The position numbers and the translations under genes are program-made. Positions 37,213 to 41,603 of a stretch of DNA of 41,603 bases are shown here, piece by piece. A model generated the notes under the pieces. The model ran no database searches. It had not been told where the DNA came from and was given only the letters and a program-made list of their open reading frames with translations. Position 1 is the first letter of the stretch. Each line of letters begins with the position of its first letter. The stretch comes from Polyangiaceae bacterium (GTDB lineage Bacteria; Myxococcota_A; Polyangia; Polyangiales; Polyangiaceae), in NCBI GenBank assembly GCA_044222475.1, contig JBGANF010000064.1, positions 1-41,603 on the forward strand, read 5' to 3'.

Positions 37213-37586
37213 GGAGGGCACTGCCCTTGAGGCGTGCACTGCGAGTGGCGGTGCTGGCGCCAGTCGTCCGGCGGGGGCACGACCTTCGTCGTCGCGGTGG
37301 CAGTCGTAGTCGCGGTCGCAACCGCGGTCGCCGTGGCGGTGGCGCTCGCCGTGGCCGTCGCGGTCGCGATCGGACCTGCTTCGGGGAGGATGACGGCATC
37401 CTTCGCGATGGGTGTACTTTCTCCGCACGCCGCGAGCGTCAGCGCGACGCCGATCGATGCGATGCGCGCGACGCGGCCGACCGCCTCGATGGAAGACGTC
37501 TCCGCGGCGATCGCCGCACCGCAGAACGGGCACGCGTGGGAATCGGGGCGAACGTGACGAAGGCAGGCCGAGCAAGTTCGAAGCAT
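37173..37586 (-). CDS. Small CxxCxRHV-CPFC protein with Ala/Thr linker and C-terminal YGGPP motif
   Basis: CSACLRHVRPDSHACPFC; internal lipobox-like LAAC; (AT)n; CPPYGGPP. Confidence 0.7.
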   Translation of the reverse strand: MLRTCSACLRHVRPDSHACPFCGAAIAAETSSIEAVGRVARIASIGVALTLAACGESTPIAKDAVILPEAGPIATATATASATATATAVATATTTATATTKVVPPPDDWRQHRHSQCTPQGQCPPYGGPPIDDFTIV

Positions 37587-37618
37587 GGTCCCCGTTCAAC
37601 GGAGCTCGGGGGAAATCC

Positions 37619-38140
37619 TTACAACGGATCTCGCGGATTCGGCGGCTGGTTCCCATCGGGCTTGGCGATGAGCCCGAGAACCACGACGAACAGCGTCGTC
37701 ACGACCAACGCGAAGCGGATGCCCCAGCTCCCCGGACAGAGCTCCGCGAGGGACGGCATGAGCGACAGGCCCCCAGGAGGAGTGGGCTCCACCAGGCCGA
37801 GGAAAAACCACGTCCGAAGGGCCATCGCCACGGCGACGACCGGCGTCGGAACCGCGAACGCGAAGCCGGCGAGCGCCGCAGACGGCGCGGCACCGTGAAC
37901 GAGCCGGTGCACGAGCGCACCGACCCACACGATCAGCCAAGGAATCAGCAGGGCGAGGACCATGTCGCGTTGAACGCGGGCGCTCTCGCCCGGGTCGCTG
38001 ACCACCACGGTGCTACCGGGCGCCCGGTGCGCGACCTGCGCGACGATCAGGTCGACGACCACCGGTGCGGCAACGATGGCCGCGACGGTCACCGCGATGG
38101 CGCCGGCGAGAGCCAGGAGCGAAATCAGGAGAAGGCGCAC
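37619..38140 (-). CDS. Hypothetical membrane protein
   Basis: About four hydrophobic segments; lies within a run of minus-strand genes. Confidence 0.55.
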   Translation of the reverse strand: MRLLLISLLALAGAIAVTVAAIVAAPVVVDLIVAQVAHRAPGSTVVVSDPGESARVQRDMVLALLIPWLIVWVGALVHRLVHGAAPSAALAGFAFAVPTPVVAVAMALRTWFFLGLVEPTPPGGLSLMPSLAELCPGSWGIRFALVVTTLFVVVLGLIAKPDGNQPPNPRDPL

Positions 38141-38147
38141 GTCCCAC

Positions 38148-38423
38148 TCACCTCCCGGTGCGTTCTCGGTGCTTGCACCCGGGCCAACAGCAGGGCCGGC
38201 GCTGGCCTTCTTCGAGCTCCTCCTGGGTCCGGCGAATGCGGCGCTGTCGAGTCGTCTCTTGCTTCGCGTCCTCGACCCAACAGATGAACTCGTTGCGGGC
38301 CAACGGCGTGATGTCGAGCCAAGCTGCGCGCGCGGGAGGGTTGGCGCTCAACGCTTCACTAAGGTCTGCGGGGAGCGGGTGCACCACTCCGCCGGGCAAC
38401 GTCTTCTTGCTCACGTCGATCAC
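38148..38423 (-). CDS. YdeI/OmpD-associated (OmdA) family protein
   Basis: LPADLSEAL..AWLDITPLARNEFICWVEDAKQETTRQRRI; RRPCCWPGC tail. Confidence 0.85.
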   Translation of the reverse strand: MIDVSKKTLPGGVVHPLPADLSEALSANPPARAAWLDITPLARNEFICWVEDAKQETTRQRRIRRTQEELEEGQRRPCCWPGCKHRERTGR

Positions 38424-38575
38424 GTCTCCGTCAGTGCGGCCTTCATCTCGGGCGACGGGTCAGCCTCGGTCGCGGGGAGCGGGTGCACCACTCCGCCGGG
38501 CAACGTCTTCTTGCTCACGTCGATCACGTCTCCGTCAGTGCGGCCTTCATCTCGGGCGACGGGTCAGCCTCGGTC
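38368..38575. repeat. Exact 104-bp tandem duplication (38368-38471 / 38472-38575)
   Basis: The two copies are identical when read directly; 2-bp GC microhomology at the junction. Confidence 0.95.
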
Positions 38576-39588
38576 GCCGCCGCGACGACCTCGTTCGCCT
38601 CTGCGATTCGATCGGCGGCGCGCAGGCCGCGGACGATCAAGCCACACTCCTCGCGGAACCCTTTCGCCGCCGCGTCGCGGATGCGCTCTTTGTGCTGAGG
38701 CGGGACGGGGGCCGCATCCATTCGCGCGCGCGTGGCGATGCCTCTTCGAACGGAAGCCATCGGGTCGGCGTACGCCCGACCCACGTCGCGCCACCGTGCT
38801 CGCTCCACGAGCAGCGGCACGACGCGGAAGCGAACGAGCTGGGCCAGCTTCACGTTTTCGGCGAGCTGGTCGACGATGTCCTCGAACCACGTGATCGTCC
38901 TCGCATCGTCGTCGAGCGCGGCGTTGAGCGCCGCCCAGTCGCCGATCAGGGCGAGCCCTTCTTCGTTCGTGGCGTCGATCGGGGTCGCGTCTCGCAGCTC
39001 GCGCAGCTCCGCCGCCACCGCCGGGCGCGCCGCGGCCAGCTTCTTCAGACCCGCGGCCACGACCGTGTGCTTCACGCCGAGCATCGGCGGGCCGGCTGCA
39101 CCGATGTTCTTCCACAGCCACATGCCGTGCTCCGTCGCTTCGTCGAATTGGTCGGCTTTGAGGAGCGCGAAGAACTTCTCGCTTCGGGCGACGACGTCCT
39201 GGACGACCTTCTCTTGCTCGGCCATCTCGTCGGGTGGGGCGCGTCCGGCGATCGCCTCGTCGACCCAGTGGAGAAGCGCCTCTGGGCTGCGCGTTCCGGA
39301 GATGCGGCCGAGCTCCGCGCCGTCGCGAAAGAGAACGACGGTCGGCATCGCCTTGATGCGGAGGGTCTCAGCCGTCGGCTTGTCTCGGTCGACGTCGAGC
39401 TGGATCGGGATGGCGATCGCGCCGAGTCTCGCGGCGACGGCTTCGTTGCTCCACGTCGTCTTGTCCATCGCCTTGCACGGTTGGCACCACTCGGCGGTCG
39501 CATCGACGAGGAGAAGCTTGCCCTCGGCCTTCGAGCGATCGAGCGCCGCCTGGAAATCCAAGTCGAGGAAGAGGGCGGGACGCGTCAT
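38524..39588 (-). CDS. Thioredoxin-domain protein with C-terminal helical domain
   Basis: LVDATAEWCQPCKAMD, AMPTVVLFRDG. Confidence 0.88.
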   Translation of the reverse strand: MTRPALFLDLDFQAALDRSKAEGKLLLVDATAEWCQPCKAMDKTTWSNEAVAARLGAIAIPIQLDVDRDKPTAETLRIKAMPTVVLFRDGAELGRISGTRSPEALLHWVDEAIAGRAPPDEMAEQEKVVQDVVARSEKFFALLKADQFDEATEHGMWLWKNIGAAGPPMLGVKHTVVAAGLKKLAAARPAVAAELRELRDATPIDATNEEGLALIGDWAALNAALDDDARTITWFEDIVDQLAENVKLAQLVRFRVVPLLVERARWRDVGRAYADPMASVRRGIATRARMDAAPVPPQHKERIRDAAAKGFREECGLIVRGLRAADRIAEANEVVAAATEADPSPEMKAALTET

Positions 39589-39641
39589 GGCGATGGCTCC
39601 GATGGTAGACGACTTCCGCGGACGGGATATCCTCGGTTCCA

Positions 39642-40571
39642 ATGTCCAGTGGGCGACGGATCGCGATCATCGCCGGCTCGGTCGCGATCGTCGCGGCGCT
39701 CGCGGTCGGCGCGGGGTTCGCGTTCGAGCGCGAGCCCGATCCGGCCTACGACGACGACAAGGCATTCGCGGCGCTGCTCGCTTCGACCACCGTGACCGTG
39801 CCGCCGGACGTGACTCTGCCGGAGGCGTCGGGCGCGGTCGCGGTGAAGCCGACGGATCCATCCGTCGTCCTCTCGAAGGTTGCGCTGCGATTCCCGCTCT
39901 CGGATCTGCGCATCGAGCTTCCGGCGGAAAAGACCCACGGGGTCGACGCCAAGTACAAACGCGATGGGGCCAATGGCCTCTACGTCACGGAGCTCGGTGA
40001 AGTCCTCGCGTGGGCGAAGCGGAAGGACGGTCAGGCCCGCACCGCCGGTGGCCAAGATCCAACGGCCTCGACACTGACGGTGCTCGCCGATCGCACGACG
40101 CCCTACCGGCTCCTGCTCGAGACGCTGTTCACCGCGACGCAGAGCGACTTCCGTCACTTCGCGTTGGCAGTTCGCCGTGGCGACCGGCTCTCGGCGTTCG
40201 AGACGCCTACCTCCAAGAGAGACGTCCCAGTGAGGATGCCGACGCCCACGCAGGGTCTCACGGTCCTGGTCGTGTCCGAGGGAATCTCCATGAAGGCGAG
40301 CGGCGGCAACGTGGCGCCCGGCTGCAAGGAGGTCGGCCCAGGCCTCGCGGTCGGCAAAGCACCCGACGGAAGCTACGACTTCGCCGCGCTCCGTCGGTGC
40401 GCCCTTCAGATCAAGGGCACGTTCGCCGACTTCGCCGACGAGATCGCAGTCGCGATCTCGGCGAGCGCGGACGTTCCGTACGAGGTGGTCGTCAAGACGA
40501 TCGAGGCCTTGAGTACGACGGACGACGGGAAGGATCTCTTCCCCGCGTTCAGTCTCGGCCTCGGGAAGTAG
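39642..40571 (+). CDS. Membrane-anchored protein with two ExbD/TolR (AglS/AglV-like) periplasmic domains
   Basis: N-terminal TM; LTVLADRTTPYRLLLETLFTA and ISASADVPYEVVVKTIEAL..LFP motifs. Confidence 0.75.
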   Translation: MSSGRRIAIIAGSVAIVAALAVGAGFAFEREPDPAYDDDKAFAALLASTTVTVPPDVTLPEASGAVAVKPTDPSVVLSKVALRFPLSDLRIELPAEKTHGVDAKYKRDGANGLYVTELGEVLAWAKRKDGQARTAGGQDPTASTLTVLADRTTPYRLLLETLFTATQSDFRHFALAVRRGDRLSAFETPTSKRDVPVRMPTPTQGLTVLVVSEGISMKASGGNVAPGCKEVGPGLAVGKAPDGSYDFAALRRCALQIKGTFADFADEIAVAISASADVPYEVVVKTIEALSTTDDGKDLFPAFSLGLGK

Positions 40572-40582
40572 CCCGCTCGCGT

Positions 40583-40677
40583 CTGCAGATCGCTGCACGG
40601 AAAGTGTGTGGAATTTGCACAGTGTTCGGACGAGCGATCGCGCCCCGAGCAAAAACGCCGATGGCATGGGTCTCGCA
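40583..40677 (+). promoter_or_regulatory. UAS pair plus sigma54 promoter of the 40689 gene
   Basis: CTGCA-GATCGC-TGCAC (40583-40598), second TGCAC 22 bp later (ends 40620), TGGCATGGGTCTCGCA at 40662-40677. Confidence 0.72.
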
Positions 40678-40688
40678 ACGGTTCGAGC

Positions 40689-41406
40689 ATGAGCCGCGCG
40701 GGCGAAAGACGGATTGGGACACCATGGCGATTCGTCGCGTGCGGCCTCACTTCGCTCGTGACGTGCGGCTGCCAGTTCCACGTCTTCTCGCCGCCAGCCC
40801 GGCTCGCCGTCATGGAGAGCGCCGAGGCCGCGCCGTTCAAGCAGACGACCATCGGCGTCGGCGGCGGAGCGGCGTTGGCGACAGCCGGACTTTCTGGCTT
40901 CGGAGGATACGGCTCGCTCGCCGTGCGTCGGGGCCTTCATCCGAACGTCGAAGGATCCATCACGGCTACGGCGGGCGTGTTCTTCGGCGGAAGCCAGACG
41001 TGTTCGCAATTCGGGGCGCCGAGCTCGTGCCGCCCCACGAACGGCGACGTCGGCGGCGCGGCGTTGCGCGTCGGTGTGAAGTGGGCGCCATGGGAGCGCA
41101 ACGTCGCGATCGTCGGCGGGCTGGGCGGTGGCGGTTCGGCTCTGGGCGGTTTCGTCGCCCCGGACCTCGGCGTGATCGTGTCGTACGACGACGGAGTCGT
41201 CGTGCCTTACGCCTCCGCGTTGGTTGGAATGAGCCAACCCATTGGAGCCAGCGTGTACCAATGGGGTACTCAGAGGAGCACGCCGACCACGACGCTCACA
41301 GTCACGGTGACCGGTGGCCTCAAGATCCTGATCCGCCCTGCGAGGTCGGGGGTGGGTGGGGCGATCCTTCTCGGCGTGGGCGGCTTTGGCTTGTGGGACG
41401 CCTGGA
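40689..41406 (+). CDS. Putative lipoprotein/outer-membrane beta-strand protein; no stop, runs into an out-of-frame copy of its own 5' end
   Basis: MSRAGERRIGTPWRFVACGLTSLVTCGCQFHVFSPPAR..GGYGSLAVRRGL..ALRVGVKWAP..; frame stays open to the window end (absent from ORF track). Confidence 0.65.
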
Positions 41407-41603
41407 CTCACTTCGGTCGTGACGGGCGGCTGCAACTTCCACGTCTTCTCGCCGCCTGCGCGCCTCGCCGTCATGGAGAGCGCCGAGGCCGCGCCGTTCA
41501 AGCAGACGACCATCGGCGTCGGCGGCGGAGCGGCGTTGGCGACAGCCGGACTTTCTGGCTTCGGAGGATACGGCTCGCTCGCCGTGCGTCGGGGCCTTCA
41601 TCC
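41407..41603 (+). repeat. 197-bp direct repeat of 40746-40942 (7 mismatches, all in the first ~57 bp)
   Basis: Aligned by eye, offset 661 nt; identical from about 41464 to the window end. Confidence 0.92.

Noticed and set aside
37285..37370. GCGGTCGCC-like repeats as a non-coding repeat element
   Set aside because: Explained by the Ala/Thr low-complexity linker of the 37173-37586 protein
38368..38575. Tandem repeat as CRISPR array or attachment site
   Set aside because: Only two adjacent 104-bp copies of coding sequence; no spacers, cas, integrase or tRNA
612..41513. Many long antisense or alternate-frame ORFs (e.g. 7322-9229+, 25868-27985-, 33295-35538-, 35946-37898+, 39585-41513-)
   Set aside because: Arg/Gly/Ala-rich shadows of real genes, expected from stop-codon scarcity at high GC; no recognisable motifs
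40746..41603. Repeat pair as a diversity-generating retroelement TR/VR
   Set aside because: Mismatches are not adenine-specific on either strand, they lie at the gene 5' end, and no reverse transcriptase is in the window

Overview
High-GC window, most likely from a myxobacterium (inferred from a MYXO-CTERM-like tail, AgmX/PglI-type C-terminal domains, ExbD/AglS-like domains and sigma54 two-component systems). About 42 genes are supported. The left part (1-14 kb) is mostly housekeeping and hypothetical genes: end of hpt, rarA, yggS, rpoZ, hflX, a C-N hydrolase, an AraC regulator, and a PhoD-like gene paired with a permuted papain-like gene. The most interesting part is 14-33 kb. It holds a tightly coupled four-gene operon (serine-palmitoyltransferase-like AOS enzyme, UbiA prenyltransferase, DAG/sphingosine-kinase-like protein, divergent ThiL-like kinase), a fatty-acid-hydroxylase-family gene, two Omp85-family barrels and two paralogous membrane histidine kinase/NtrC pairs. 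Five sigma54 -24/-12 promoters are readable directly, and four of them have a TGCAC-ending site exactly 41-42 nt upstream. This suggests a co-regulated, apparently undescribed sphingoid/prenyl-lipid envelope system. Many other genes have a TANNNT box 6-8 nt before the start codon, implying leaderless mRNAs. The right part has a large SBBP-propeller/7x79-aa-repeat surface protein, a frameshifted small barrel-like gene, an exact 104-bp tandem duplication and a 197-bp near-identical repeat at the window end. No rRNA, tRNA, CRISPR array or transposase was recognised. All functional calls rest on motif recognition by eye; no database searches were run.
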